From positions 28,150,001-28,214,000 of the forward strand of contig NC_087250.1 in the NCBI RefSeq assembly GCF_037042905.1: a stretch of DNA of 64,000 nt, read 5' to 3'. Shown here piece after piece: positions 12,835 to 25,749 of the stretch (the first letter of the stretch is position 1; each line of letters begins with the position of its first letter). This stretch comes from Lytechinus pictus. Lineage: Eukaryota. The notes beneath the pieces were generated by a model, which ran no database searches, had not been told where the DNA came from, and saw only the letters and a program-made list of their open reading frames with translations. The position numbers and the translations under genes were made by a program.

Positions 12835-13230
12835 GGTTCGGAGTCTGGAGTAGACGGCTGGTGGTCCGGAGCAGACGGGTTGGTCTGAAGCGGATGGTTG
12901 CTGGTCTGAAGCAGACGGTCGGAGGTCTGGAGCAGAAAACAGGAAAACTACAAGTAGAGCAGATCCAATGGGTGTGGTCGTGAGAGCCTGACTGCAGAAG
13001 GACCCATACATACGGTCGAAGAACCAGACGTAGTTTCCGGTACTGAACAGACGTGGTTGCAGTGCTAAACAGACGGTGTTGCAGTACGGTATCAGACGTG
13101 GTTTACGGTACTGAACAGACGTGGTTGCAGTACGGAATCAGACGTGCATGGTTGCTGTACTGAACAGACCTGGTTGCAGTACGGGATCAGACGTGGTTGC
13201 TGTACTGAACAGACGTAGTAACTGGTCGTA
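12835..13230. repeat. 21-22-bp tandem repeats inside the putative solo LTR
   Basis: About 9 units of cagacgtggttgcagtactgaa at 13025-13220; gcagacgg..ggtctg units at 12835-12930. Confidence 0.8.
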
Positions 13231-14384
13231 AGCAGACGACCGATGAAATTACCAGAGTCCATAGGTATGGTCGTGGGAGCTTGACTACGGAGAAACCCAT
13301 ACCTATGGTCGAGATAGCTTAACTACAGGAATCAGATGCATATGGTCGAGAGAGCTTAACTACACAAGCTAGATGCATATGGTCGGGTGAGCTGTTGGAG
13401 CTGACAACAAAGAGTGTAGCCGTCTGGAGGTTGCCTGGTGGTGGTACTGACAGGATCGAGGCGTGTGCAAGTGTCAATTGCGGCAGTATATCTCTGCCAA
13501 ACGGATCCGCGACTAAAAGTTTGAAAATCGACGTGGCAAAGACACCCGCCGGCGGCAGGCATCCTGACAAGAGCGAGCTGCCGGCGGACCACCCAACAAC
13601 CCCGTCCAGCGATTCCGTCACAATATGTTTTGCATATTGACTTCAAAACTTGCTCCATATCAGCCTATTGAGCAAGATATGAATCTCATTCAACAGGCAA
13701 TTCCGGCACGAAGCGCCAGCAAAAATTGTATATAGTAACATGAAAAGATTTTATTGCAAGTCTTCCCCTCACATTATTTCATTCACTCGGATCCGCCCTT
13801 GTGACACATACACACACACACACCGGAAAAATGGCCGGTGCCCCCCCCCCCCTTGAAAAAGCAAGGACCCCCCAGTGCCCCCCCCCCCCCGGGAAAAAAA
13901 TCCTAGCTACGCCACTGTCTGTAAAGGTCCGAAAACGCTGGAAAAAGCCATGTTAACGTGAATTTTTGTTGCACGTGGTCGTATCATGCATGCACTGTAC
14001 TGCGTGCACGTGTGTATAACGTATTTCGATATGGCTGTTGGCTGTGCGAAAGACAAAATCAGAGAGCAAGAAGTGGAAAGCGAGTACCCGATTTCGTTTT
14101 CGCTGTCTGCGTTTTTCCAAACAGAATCACGGGGTAGAAAGCGTGTTCTGATTTTGTTTTTGATATATAACAAACACAAGTATAGAATGAGGTATCAGAA
14201 AGAGCCCAAAAGTATTTCTGATTTCATTCTTCTGTTTTTTATCTCCAAAAACGAAATCACAACAGGTTTTTCACGTTGTGATTTCGTTTTTGTGTTTTCA
14301 GAGACCAAACCATGAGGTTGATTTCCGTTTTTGCTCTGCGATGATCGAGAATGAAAAACGAATTATCCATTAGTACCCTGATTC

Positions 14385-14883
14385 AAGTACCCTTTGGTCC
14401 GGATATCTCTGTCACTGATGAAATGACCCCACACGTGTTGCAGCGAGGTCTACTACATGGTTTGATTCCGACACATGTAGCATTGATCGGAGTAAGCTCG
14501 GATTTCACGAGGAGCTGGCGTAGGTTCTTGTCCTTCCGGAACGAAGTTAGAGGGGGTTTGGAGAAAATTTCCGTAGTGGTAGGATGCTCGGTTAAGATGT
14601 GCAAGTTATCCCTCACGGACTTGGCAAGGCGTTCACTAGTGGGATGGTAAGTAACGACTAACGGATTCCTTCCTGAAACCTGCTTGTGCTGCTTGGGCCG
14701 AAGGAAATCACGTGTTGATGTCTCAACCCTCTTAGCTGCCTTAGCCAGGATCTCATCTGGGTATCCTCGTTGCTTGAAGAAATGTTGCACTTCATCTGCT
14801 CGTTGGTTGTAGTCATCTTCCTCCGAACATATACGACGGATGCGAGAAAGTTGAGAGAAGGGAATGTAATTCTTGCATGCAGG
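14385..14883 (-). pseudogene. Penelope-like retroelement fragment (RT thumb to linker before GIY-YIG)
   Basis: CKNYIPFSQLSRIRRICSEEDDY...FKQRGYP...PLVVTYHP...SFRKDKNLRQLLVKS...KPCSRPRCNTC. Confidence 0.85.
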
Positions 14884-14884
14884 A

Positions 14885-14916
<32 letters not shown>

Positions 14917-15142
14917 GGGGGGGGGAGTCTTTGTATGTCATAGAAGCTGCTAGATAAATTTTGAGTGATTTTGATACATTGAATTGTCAGTGATTGACTT
15001 AAACCTATACTGCATGTTAGGTGAGTTTGTACTTGCTGCCTTACTGTGTTTCTTTCAATGTACTTGACTGTTCAATGTCAACCATCCGTGTAATTCTTTC
15101 TTTATTTGTCCATGAATGTGATTTGGTTTAACAATGGAGATA

Positions 15143-15878
15143 CCCAGGTAAAAAAACCAGTTGAAACCAGTCGAAATTTTAACTGGTTTCAACTGGAGTC
15201 AACTGGTACCAGTTGAAACCAATTGGCACAACTGGTAAACTCCCACCATACCAGTATATTCCAGTTGAAACCCATTGTCCCAACTGGACATGCTGAAAAC
15301 ATACAAGTTTATTCCAGTTGAAACCAATTAACTATACTGGTATAAATTAGTACACCAGTTAATACCAGTTAAAACCAATAGGCCTTTCTGGTTTATCTAC
15401 CAATAGATTCCAGTTTAAAACCCATTAGCCAAACTGGACCATTTGATGCCAGTTGGAACCCATAGAAACTCAATGGGTGTATATACCAGTTAATGCCACC
15501 TTAAACCCATAAACTATACTGGTATATCATTAAACCAATTGATACCAGTTAGAACCAACATGCATTACTGGTATACCGTCCTACCAGTTGATTCCAGTTA
15601 AAATTTATAAACCATAAACCAAACTGGATCAGAGTGTTCCAGTTGGAACCCATAGACCTCCCATAACCCCACTTGAAACCCATTAACCATACTGGAATAT
15701 CAAACCAATGGATACCAGTTAGAACCAATATAGGCATTACTGGCATATCTACCAGCTGATTCCAGTTAAAAGCCATAAACCATACTGGAGCAGATGATAC
15801 CAGTTGGAACCCATAACCCACTTGAAACCCATTAACCATACTGGAATTTCAAACCAATTGATACCAGTTAAACCAGCA
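15143..15878. repeat. Degenerate ccagtt/aaacc tandem array at the start of a CCCAG-ended element; resumes at 24802-24860
   Basis: Repeated ccagttgaaacc and ataccagtta motifs with a ~170-bp higher-order period; 24808-24860 matches 15565-15628. Confidence 0.8.
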
Positions 15879-16644
15879 GCTTGTCAAAAGTCCATGCACC
15901 GTTCTATAGCGTCTTTACCGCATCCGGGTTTTTGCTTCAGCTTTCCCGCCCAACGTTCCCTTGTCTTCAAAGGAACGGCCGCCATCAAAGGCCCATTGAC
16001 GCCACCGTTCTTTTGTTCGTCTTTCCTGCATGTCTTAAGTTCTGTCGAAAGACCGAAGAAACTATTCTAAATAGCTCCCTCTACGACCAAAACAAATGCG
16101 TGCCTTCATATTGACTGTCGGATCGGAGAGTTCGGGTTACTGTTCTGAACTGTGGTTCGCATCTATAATGGAAGTTCGGGTGCATTCATAAAGCCACGGT
16201 GGCTTAATCAAAAATCACGCACGTGTCATAAATCGTTGCTGATCTTTCGAATTTACTGCAATAACCATGAAAACCTCTTTTTTGCAATTAGAAGAGAGTC
16301 AATTCATGATGTTTTAGGTGGGAAAATAAGATTCCATACATTTTCGTTTCGTAGGCCCAAGCCATTCGTAGAATTCACGTCAACTTGGAATAGTCATTAT
16401 TACTCACATCTGAAACAAGTGTCGGGAGCCCCCCCCCCCCCCCCCTTCACCCCCCCCCCCCCAAAAAAAATAGATGGAAATAGAATGATAAAAATAAATA
16501 TGACCGGAACAGCTCGACACTATTAGGCATAGATAGATAAAAGATTTATTAGAAGCTGTTTTAAATAGTTTGTTCAATTTTTGGACGGGCAACCATTTCC
16601 CCAGGATAACATATTGTCTCTTAATTTTCTTTATCTCCTTGTTT

Positions 16645-16992
16645 TAAAGAAGCGGGACCGAAAGGTAAGGTGACAAGAGGAAGAAGAAAACTAAGAATTC
16701 ATAGGGAGAGTAAAGGAAGGGGGAACAGAGAGAAAATAAGAAAATAATATTGCGATGGAAGGAGAGGAAGGGTGAAAAAAATATGGAGGAGAAACAGTTG
16801 AAAGAGAAAAAAAATAGGAAATTTGAGAGGGGAAGAAATCTAGGATCGAGAATCAACGGGAGAGGGGGGAATTGGAATATGGAAATGGATAGAGACAGAA
16901 GATAAGGGGAAAGAAGAAGAGAGAGCTGGTGGACGATGAGGGGAGATATAAAGGGGGTGGGGGAAGAGTGAAAGGGGAACAGAGGGGAAGAC
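16645..16992. repeat. Purine-rich low-complexity tract
   Basis: GA-rich composition. Confidence 0.8.
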
Positions 16993-17878
16993 ATGCAATG
17001 GCCATGCTGAAACGGTTCTTTATTTTTTGTTCATTGTTCAATTGTTCATTCAGGTAACAACAAGAGAATGAAGAAAAAATGAAACCCCAAAACTCGGAGT
17101 TAAATTGGCCGCAACTTTAATCTGATTGCGAACCCCTTCTACCAATATTTCATTAAAAGATATACAGAGCAAAATAAGTGAATAAAAAAGGAAAGATGAC
17201 CTTTGAAGGTTTCCATGGTGGAGAGAATATTGAAAGGTTTTACGGTAAAACCTTTCAATAAAAAAGGAAAGATAGAAGGAAAATGAGTGAAAAGAAATTG
17301 AGAGAAAACGAAATAAATAACTAGAAGATTTCAGAAAAATCATGAGAAAGAGAAAGGGAAAATCGTGTATCGAAGAAATGTAGTTATCGAATGGTTAATG
17401 TAGGAACCTAAAGCACTTATACCACATCAGTAATTATCAGGATAGGAAAGATAACAAAAGCAAAATGATTATAGGTGTTGAATGGGTTCCTATTTGCGGC
17501 GAAAAAATGGATTAAGGATTAAAAGATAAAAGGAAGAAGAATTAATACAAGGAAACATGACAAGGGGAAGGGATAAAGAAATGAGGAGGTGAAAAGATTA
17601 AAAAGAAAGACAGGTGACAAAAATGGAGATGGAGAATTGCAAATAGGAAACCCTGTTACATGTGCAGATCGCTTCCCTAGCTCTGTCATTGCTCATGAGA
17701 TCTTGGACCTACAAATGTATGATATATTTACCTGTTCCGCCTGATTGGAATGACTGTGGGAGAACCAACCCGTCGATTTCATTTCACACGAAACAGAAGA
17801 CCATGCCGTTGCCACCAGAAGGCGGTGCTTCATAGCGTTTCGCCAATTGAAAAGATGTTCTCCAATGAATGCCCCTGT

Positions 17879-18870
17879 CTGAAGAGGGATAATTTCAAAT
17901 TCCTCAATCTTTTCCCATTTTTTGACGCTCATAATTTTTTTCCGAAAAACCATTTTTCTGACTTGGCCCCTCCCCCCCCCTCTGCTTTTGAAAATACTGG
18001 TTGTTATAAAATGTCGTTGAACTGTATGTATTATTGTGTACATGTATTTACCCTGTTACTTCGATTATATCATTTGTTGAACGGAAATAAATGAATCTAA
18101 ATGTTAAAACTCTGCGATTAACTTTAGTTTGTAGTAAATAATGTGAATTTTGTAGAGTATTAACTTAATTTTGAATATCGCTCAAGTTTCTTTAATCATA
18201 CAATAGGAAGCTCTTAATATTAGCAAATTCGAATATTCACCCCCCCCCCCACAAAAAAAATAATAAAACAGATGATTCTGTCCTTTCCTTGTACATCAGA
18301 AAAATCTGATTAATTAGAGCAGGTTAAGGTTTCAGAATAATTTCGAAAATTCAGAGATCCAACATTGTTTGCAGGAAGGAGTGTTTTTTCTGCATACATG
18401 CACACGTTTTCAACTCTGTTTTGCGAGTTAAAGATTATTAATAAGGCTAAATTATTTTGATATAAAATCTGATCCGCCCAAGATTGGCATTTTATACCAC
18501 TCAATGAATTCCATTTCCTGAAGAGGGATTATTTCAAATTACTCAATCTTTTCCAATTTTTTGACGCTCATACTTTCTTCCTAAATACATTTTTGTCACC
18601 CCACCCCAAAAATGTTCTTTTCCCCCATTAGCCCCCATACTTTTGAAAACACCGGCGGTTTCGTCTTTAATGTAATTGTCAAAGTTATGTTTTATCAACA
18701 AGCTTTGCTTATCAGTATATTACATCATCTGATCAAGTTTTTTTTCTCATCTCGATCGTTTTCTGCATGGGTAGTGTTTAATTTATTGTTCTAATTGTCA
18801 TGTTAAAACTCTTCGATTAACTTTGGTAAATAATACGTAATTTTGTCTTTTGAATTTTGTCGAGTATTAA
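17879..18870 (+). repeat. Old direct duplication, period ~640-700 bp
   Basis: ctgaagagggat...ttttgacgctcata at 17879 and 18518; atgttaaaactct..gattaacttt at ~18100 and ~18800. Confidence 0.7.
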
Positions 18871-21800
18871 CAAGCATTTTAAATTGTTTACAACAGTGCA
18901 GTGGTCATCGGATTTTTTTTCAGATGTCATGAATGAAGCACCATTTCTCGATGATGTTCTATTTTAGAAATAACCTTTTGAGCACCAAACGAAGTATGTT
19001 GCAATGTTATTCAGACCTAGATCTTGAAGTCTGTCCCGATAGATGGTTTCCAATACAAAATACGCGTAAATTTTGATCGGTCGCCAAATCGCTGGAAAAA
19101 AGGATGTGTAAAAGGGCTAAACTTTCCAATAAAACACATTTGATTTCATACCTATCACATCATATTCATTTTAGGGCCATGCTCATATAATATAGTAATC
19201 TGGAATGGAATGGTGACATGAACTTTTCTGACCGGGATTTACCAATATAATTATAAACTTAAAAGCTTTAAATCAAACAAAATGAATATAAACGGACACA
19301 CTGCAGTTCAAAAAATAAGAATAAATTAAATAGGAGGCCTACAAGAAGCATAAACTGTGTGTTAATTTTATTTCATCAAAAATTATGTTTCTTGGTATTA
19401 TTCACTGAATGTGTGACTTTCGTAACTTTCAATATTTTCATTTATTATAATCATCAAGGCTACCGCTACCACATTCACTACCACCACCACCACCATCATC
19501 AGTGTTAATTTTCGTCAATATCATCAGTAGGATCATTATAGTCAATCATGTCAACAGAACCATCTATGTCATTATCGTAGTTATTGAAATTTTGATAATT
19601 TTGGTAAGGAAATAATGAAAATGAGAGAAAGGTTGTATCGGGAAGGGGTGGGGTGTGAGTTTGTTCTAAAGTAAAATCAATGTGAGTAGAATTAAATTAA
19701 TGTTTTTATCTACATTGCAGTGATGGTAAACATCATTACAATACTAGGATGCCAAGATGTTCAATAATTTAAGCTTCAAAATTCAGTACTTCACGGGTGA
19801 AGATATGGGGCCGTAAGCTGCAGGGAGATATGTATAATAATATTAACATTAGATCATTACTCTAAAATAGATGGAATGTAATAATTATTTATTATCTATG
19901 TTAGTTTATACACTTACTGGCCTAAAAGCAAAAGCAAATAGGCCATGATATAGTCTCCTCTATCAAGAGAATTGAACATTATTGACCTTTCAGGATTGCT
20001 TGGCATTGATACTCATCGAACTGTTCTTAGTCATTGCCCAGGCCTATGATCATGAAAAAGCAAGATCACTCACCCGTATAGTAGAGAATCATTCACAATA
20101 GCATGTGCCACAGAAAGACGCTCACAGACTTTAATTCCCCGCATATCCGCTGTCGTGATTATTGTCGTAATTTCAATAGATGAACCTACTTCAAAAGACC
20201 GTTGGCCCGTCCGATGGGGAATCTTTTGTAATATATAGTGTATTAAAGTACGTGTATGCAGTAACTACCGTCCCGACTTCTTTTGTGCTATTTAAAAGAT
20301 TTCTTTCACCATCATCAAATAGCGATTAGCGTGTAAAATCGCATTAATTATCACATGATTACCAGCATCACCATGATCATTACCATTATCTTTCATATAT
20401 TTTTAATTATATAGAATATAAAATTAATACTGGAGAACGACTGGAAATAGATAATGAATGATGGTGATGATGATAGTGATAATCATAACTTTGAAGTGAT
20501 ATTAACGGACATGATAATACGAATAATAATATCAGTGATAATGTTGATGATTTAATATCAACAAATGAAGATGATTTGTATATTTTGCGGCAATGAACCA
20601 TGTATAACTTGAGACGCGTTTTTCCTTTATCATGTTTGTTTTAAAAGGGTTTTCATATCATGATCCTGAAATACAAAGATTATATTAAGATTAAAAAGAG
20701 AGAGAATGGATGGCCATCTAATTTTGGAAAAGATTTTGCGAGTTGTCAAGTCCGATGCAGTATAAAAAATGATTGCATGTCGAGGTCGATGTGAATTTTA
20801 TATCAACGACATCATCCCCAGAGTCTATCACGTTGTGAGTTTGTGTGCATTTTTAGCAAGATTAACATTTGTAATACGAGATTATTCTTAGTTAGAGTCT
20901 GTAACATCCGAACTACATGCCATTCCGGCTACGTACGTTTTGAATTCATCGGATATTTCGATTTCTGGATGCATGTTACCTTGCAGTTAAACCGGTGTAC
21001 GCCTGAATCATATTGATTGTCATTTGTATTAACTTTATAATAACGTCGACATACAAAAACAGAATTCATCAGGTTCTTTATCATTACACCAATGATATGA
21101 ACGTATGCACATATAGGCCTACGTCTTTTGCTTGATAGAACACTGACCCCCCCCCCCCCTCCATTAGAGCGAGAACAATATCGTGCTTTCAGCTCATTAA
21201 TATTGATTTCGATAAGGAGATCGGGAACGCACGCGATTAATAGTAATTTACATTATTTGTATACCACTTACAAGTGAAGCACAAAATATGTATCTAAACG
21301 CTAACGCTGAAATATAGTTTAATTTCCAGAGCCCAAAAAAGGAAACTTCCAAAAATTTTCACTGTTTGGACTCCCCCTTGAGGAAACCAACAAAAATAAG
21401 CTTAGGGGGGGATTTTGCGTCCTCTCTCTGTATTGACGAAAGCTGGATCCGCCCTGATAAAAATTATCCCTTTTCAAGCTCGCCATTCACGCTTGCATTA
21501 TTTAGTCTGTTACTTACCCTCTCGATGACTTTGAAATATTTTGGCTGTAACTAAATCGAGTATAACATCTGTTCTATGAAACTTGATTTTGTAACATTTA
21601 TTATAAAGATGCTTATGAACAAATCATATTGGTTTACATATTATAAAGCGCCTTCTCATATTCCAATTTTACCTTAAACGTAAATATCTTATTTTCAAAA
21701 GAAATCTATAAAAAGGGTACAGTTCGGCTTTCATTTTGATGCCAAATAGTCTCATAATTGGGATTAGTTGCAAACACGGTTTTCGAATAGAAAACACATC

Positions 21801-22757
21801 GGGGAACATCAAAGTATCAAGACAGTCATCAGCGCTGACAAAGTGATAATCTCCCATTGAAATACCCCACCAATCAAGAGGTAATCTTTCTATTGAAATC
21901 CGCCACCAGTCAGACCACCTCTATGTTCAAGAATATAGGGTAATCTCCCCAATCAAGAATGGGGTCTACCTTGACAATGGGGTAAGCCGTTAAATAGCTT
22001 GCAATGCGCTGGCCCATGTCATTTTCAACGTCCGGCTTTCGGGGAATTAAAATAAGCATCAAATGGGTAGTTTTCTTGCTCTCGTTTGGTCCCCATACTA
22101 GAACCTTGATTTTGTTTCTTTTCGTAATGTGCATTTTAATATGGTTTCCATTATATTTCTCAACATTTCGACGTTTAATGTAGTTTAATACTTGCCTTTA
22201 TAAAGAGCAATATTACATAAAACCTGTTTGGCGAAGCAGATTATAACATAACATTCGACTGATATTTTATCAACACATTTTTAATTAACCATGTAACTTC
22301 CCTCTATATAGGTCTCCTCTTAATATGAACATTCGAGTTATATTCTTTGCCTACCATCTCTCTGTGCATTTTAATAACCAAATATATTTGGAAAAGGGGT
22401 GTTTATCAGGCTAAAGTGAAGGTCCTCACCTGTCTATGAACGACATATTCTCATTAAAATACATGCTGTGAGTTTTATAGGGGGCACACTTGTGTAAAAA
22501 TAGCATATTTATATCAACAAAATTGATAATGGCTCTCATAGGGGGGGGGCGGGATTCACTACATAACTGTACCCTCCAGGTGCAGAATATACAACCACTG
22601 ACTTCTTTTAGTAGAGGTCACAAAATAAACCACAATACTTTTGAGAGCCCAACTATTGTTCAAAATAAATACGGCGCCTATTGGATTGTATTGTGTTACT
22701 CCGGCAGGATCCGCACCAGCATGCACCCCATCCTTGTTGATCTAGTATGCCAAATAC

Positions 22758-22903
22758 CTCGGTCACATTTGTTTTAAGGCGAGTCGAAAACAGTCGTTTT
22801 AACAGTTTTTGTACCAGCTAAATATAGGAGGTTTGAATAAAATGAATAAAACGGCTGTTTTCGACTCGCCGTATGGCCGCCGTATAGAGCAAATGTGACC
22901 GAG
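22758..22903. mobile_element. Small palindromic MITE
   Basis: ctcggtcacatttg..ggcgagtcgaaaacag pairs with ctgttttcgactcgcc..caaatgtgaccgag. Confidence 0.75.
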
Positions 22904-25749
22904 TTATTACCATTTCCTGTACGTTTATTGATTTTTTGTGCATATTCAAACATGCAAGCTTTACAGAATGCAGCTATACGATTAAGAGGTGAAGTTCAAA
23001 GTTGGAAGGGAAACTAGGCCAAAGAGGCTTTCGTATTACTATGTTTACCTTAGACACTGGGAATCTAATTTGCAATAATTTGACATACACACATTGCAGA
23101 TTAATTCAGATATTTGATAGGAAGAAGAAATCAACGGCAATATACACGTATTGTACAAGTCAAACGTGAAGGTTAAAAAAAGAATAGGTATAGAAAAGAT
23201 TTAGAAAAATTCAAGGAAGAAATGAAGTTGGATGAAAAAAGGAACCATTAGAATTAAGTTGACAAAATTGGATATTGTAAGTAGAACTGGAAAATTAAAA
23301 GAAATAATTAAGTCCCCCCCCCCAGCGGACTGGTTTGAAGGGGGTGGGGGTCACCATGCATAAAATCATGGTACTTGTGGAGGCCTCAGCCCCAGACCCC
23401 CTTCGGTTCTGTGGCTCCTGGGTGGTAATCAAGAACACTAGGTCACATAATACTCTAGATCACATGGGAAATTTATATAAGGGAATAAAGACGGATCCCA
23501 GGTAAAAAGATAATATAGGTTTTCCTGTCCAATATCATGTCGGAGTCACTTAAATGTGTTAATTTGCATTTTAATTCACGCGACATTTTTCATCGGTCAT
23601 TCAAAGTTTAGAAGACGCTGTAATTCCTTTATAAACACTCAACTCAATTCATGGTCAAGAATACCTCAACTTCTTTGATAATTTCAATATTTATTTTTAA
23701 GTGCTTTTGATTTCGTTCGAAGGCAAAGATGTTTGTAATGGTCCTTCAAAGTAACGAAAGTACTTTTTGTTCTGAATTTCGGGCAATGAAATTCAAGAAT
23801 TGTGCATTTAAGCTACAATGACCGATATGACTGCTTGAGCATCCAATTAAATTTTTAAAGTTCAAATTAATGATACTTTATTCGTTTGTTTTGCACGGCA
23901 TCTGTATTATGTGTGAATATATAAGTTTCCAACATGTCAATGTTTAAACATGTGTATAATAAGAGTAAAATTGATGTGCACTTTGGCTAAATTAGACATA
24001 GGCCTTTGTTTAGCTCAAATTTGAATTTAAACGATGGCCTTAGTTTTCATCCTTTTTTCCACAAAAACGCTTGCATTTTGTGGATGTATTGTTTGTTTTT
24101 TGTCACAGTAGCTTTTCAATGTATAAATTTAAATGCCATAATTTTTGGACCCAGGTATGATTTATATTGCATCATTTACGAGGGGATTTGCATTTCGTTT
24201 ACAAAGATGAAGGACAATTTTTCCACCCGACAATGATAACAGTGTGGGCTCAGTGTGATTTAAAAAAATCTTACCCGCGCCTGAATACTTACTTTTAGAA
24301 AGTCAATATCTTAACGGTATATTCTTCAGAATAAAGCAACATACTCGTGCTAAAGGGCTAAAACTTTATTGTTCTATTAAAGAAATGAAATCTAAATTTA
24401 ATTGAACTTTGTCATATACTGAAACCCGAAACGAAAAATCATCAAAAGAAATTGTGAAAGCGTAACTTTGGAAAATATATACCCCACTGCGACTAGGCAC
24501 ACCGACACAAGGACACAACGATATTCAGATCAGTGACTAGAGATCGGGCGTTCAATAGTTTGCCTAAAACGCCGATATCGTGGACATAGAGGGCGCTCAT
24601 GCAAAAACATCGTATCGGAGAGCCAACCGGGGGCGTCAAAAGAAAAGATAAAAGCGAACGCTTCCGTTTTCGCTGCAAAAGGGCACGCTGGCGTCTTGAA
24701 TGGCAAGAGCACTGACCCGTAGGTAAGAAAAAAGGACAATGTCACGCTCAGCGGTTTCGCTGTGGAATATAAAGGAAAAGACGCACACACACTTTTGACA
24801 ACACGCCTTACTGGTATACTACCAGTTGATTCCAGTTAAAACCCATAAACCAAACTGGAACATATTTTACAAGAGTGATTACTAAAATGCTTATTATGAA
24901 GATTAAACGAGAGGAATACTGACTAAAAAAACATAATTTTTTTTATGCCATGTATGTGATGAATGTTGTATTTGATATTCAAAATGGCTGCCAAAGGCCC
25001 TTAAAGTACTATGCACAATGAGAAAGAGGAAGAAAGAAATCACAAGAGTGAGCACTGAAATGCATGTATATATATGTGAAAAATTAATGGGATACTGTCT
25101 AAAAATAAAAAGGGTATTTTCTAACGAAATATATCATTCAGGTTTCAAGTTTGTGTTAAATACTGTGTGTTGACTTTCAAAATGGCCGCCATAGACATTA
25201 ACTGTATTATGTACAATGCAAAGTGGGAAACCAATATTCACAGGAGTGAGCAACATAAATACACGTAATAGTGATCTATGAGTAAAATATAGTCTGAAAG
25301 CATAATTTCTTTTAAGATATATCATTCATTCTGCCAGTTAGGTGATAAATACTGTTATTTTTTAAGTCAAAATAGCCGCTACAGGCCGGCCCTAATCTGG
25401 CAAAAGGGTCTATCTGCAAAATTTTGGATTTTTTTTTTTTTTCATATCTAGGGTTTATGAGGCCAAAATTTTCATCTGGCCAACTCTCAGTGGTGCTCGA
25501 GCTTTCGTTTTCGAGATACCAGAGGACACCAATATCAAATTCCATCATTTTACTGGTATCTAATCTGGCAGAAGGGTCTATCTGCACATAGACCCTATAA
25601 AAAGTGGTAATAATCTGGCAAAGGGGTTTATCTGCACATAGACCCTTTTGCCAGATTACATGGTGGAGAAGACATGTTTATTTAATCAGGCAAAAGGGTC
25701 TATCTAGTCCAGTAGATATGTGAAAAAGATGCTCGAATCTGGCAGAAAG

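Larger units (their letters stand above)
4852..13622. mobile_element. Probable solo LTR (~1.4 kb of own sequence: 4852-5365 plus 12707-13622), interrupted by a 7.3 kb insertion
   Basis: Ends TGTCACG...CGTCACA with 4-bp TSD ATAT (4848-4851 / 13623-13626). The empty site gagctaaaatatgttttgc is intact in the paralog at ~4115-4133. Confidence 0.7.
4709..13917. mobile_element. hAT-type MITE (CAGTGGCGTAGCTA TIRs), split by later insertions
   Basis: TIR cagtggcgtagcta at 4709 and tagctacgccactg ending 13917; 8-bp TSD tctgtgaa (4701-4708) / tctgtaaa (13918-13925), one mismatch. Confidence 0.75.
4503..14380. mobile_element. Palindromic MITE (hAT-like right end ...tagtaccctg) that hosts the nested cluster; left arm truncated
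   Basis: 4503-4702 and ~14064-14257 are reverse complements; right end at 14380 reads CAGGGTACTA on the minus strand. Confidence 0.6.
15881..24801. mobile_element. Candidate 8.9 kb insertion with 11-bp inverted ends, unclassified
   Basis: ttgtcaaaagt (15881-15891) / acttttgacaa (24791-24801); the ccagtt array stops and resumes in register at these points; no clear TSD. Confidence 0.6.

Noticed and set aside
13025..13220. 22-bp repeat array as CRISPR-like or iteron array
   Set aside because: Contiguous tandem units with no spacers, lying inside a putative LTR.
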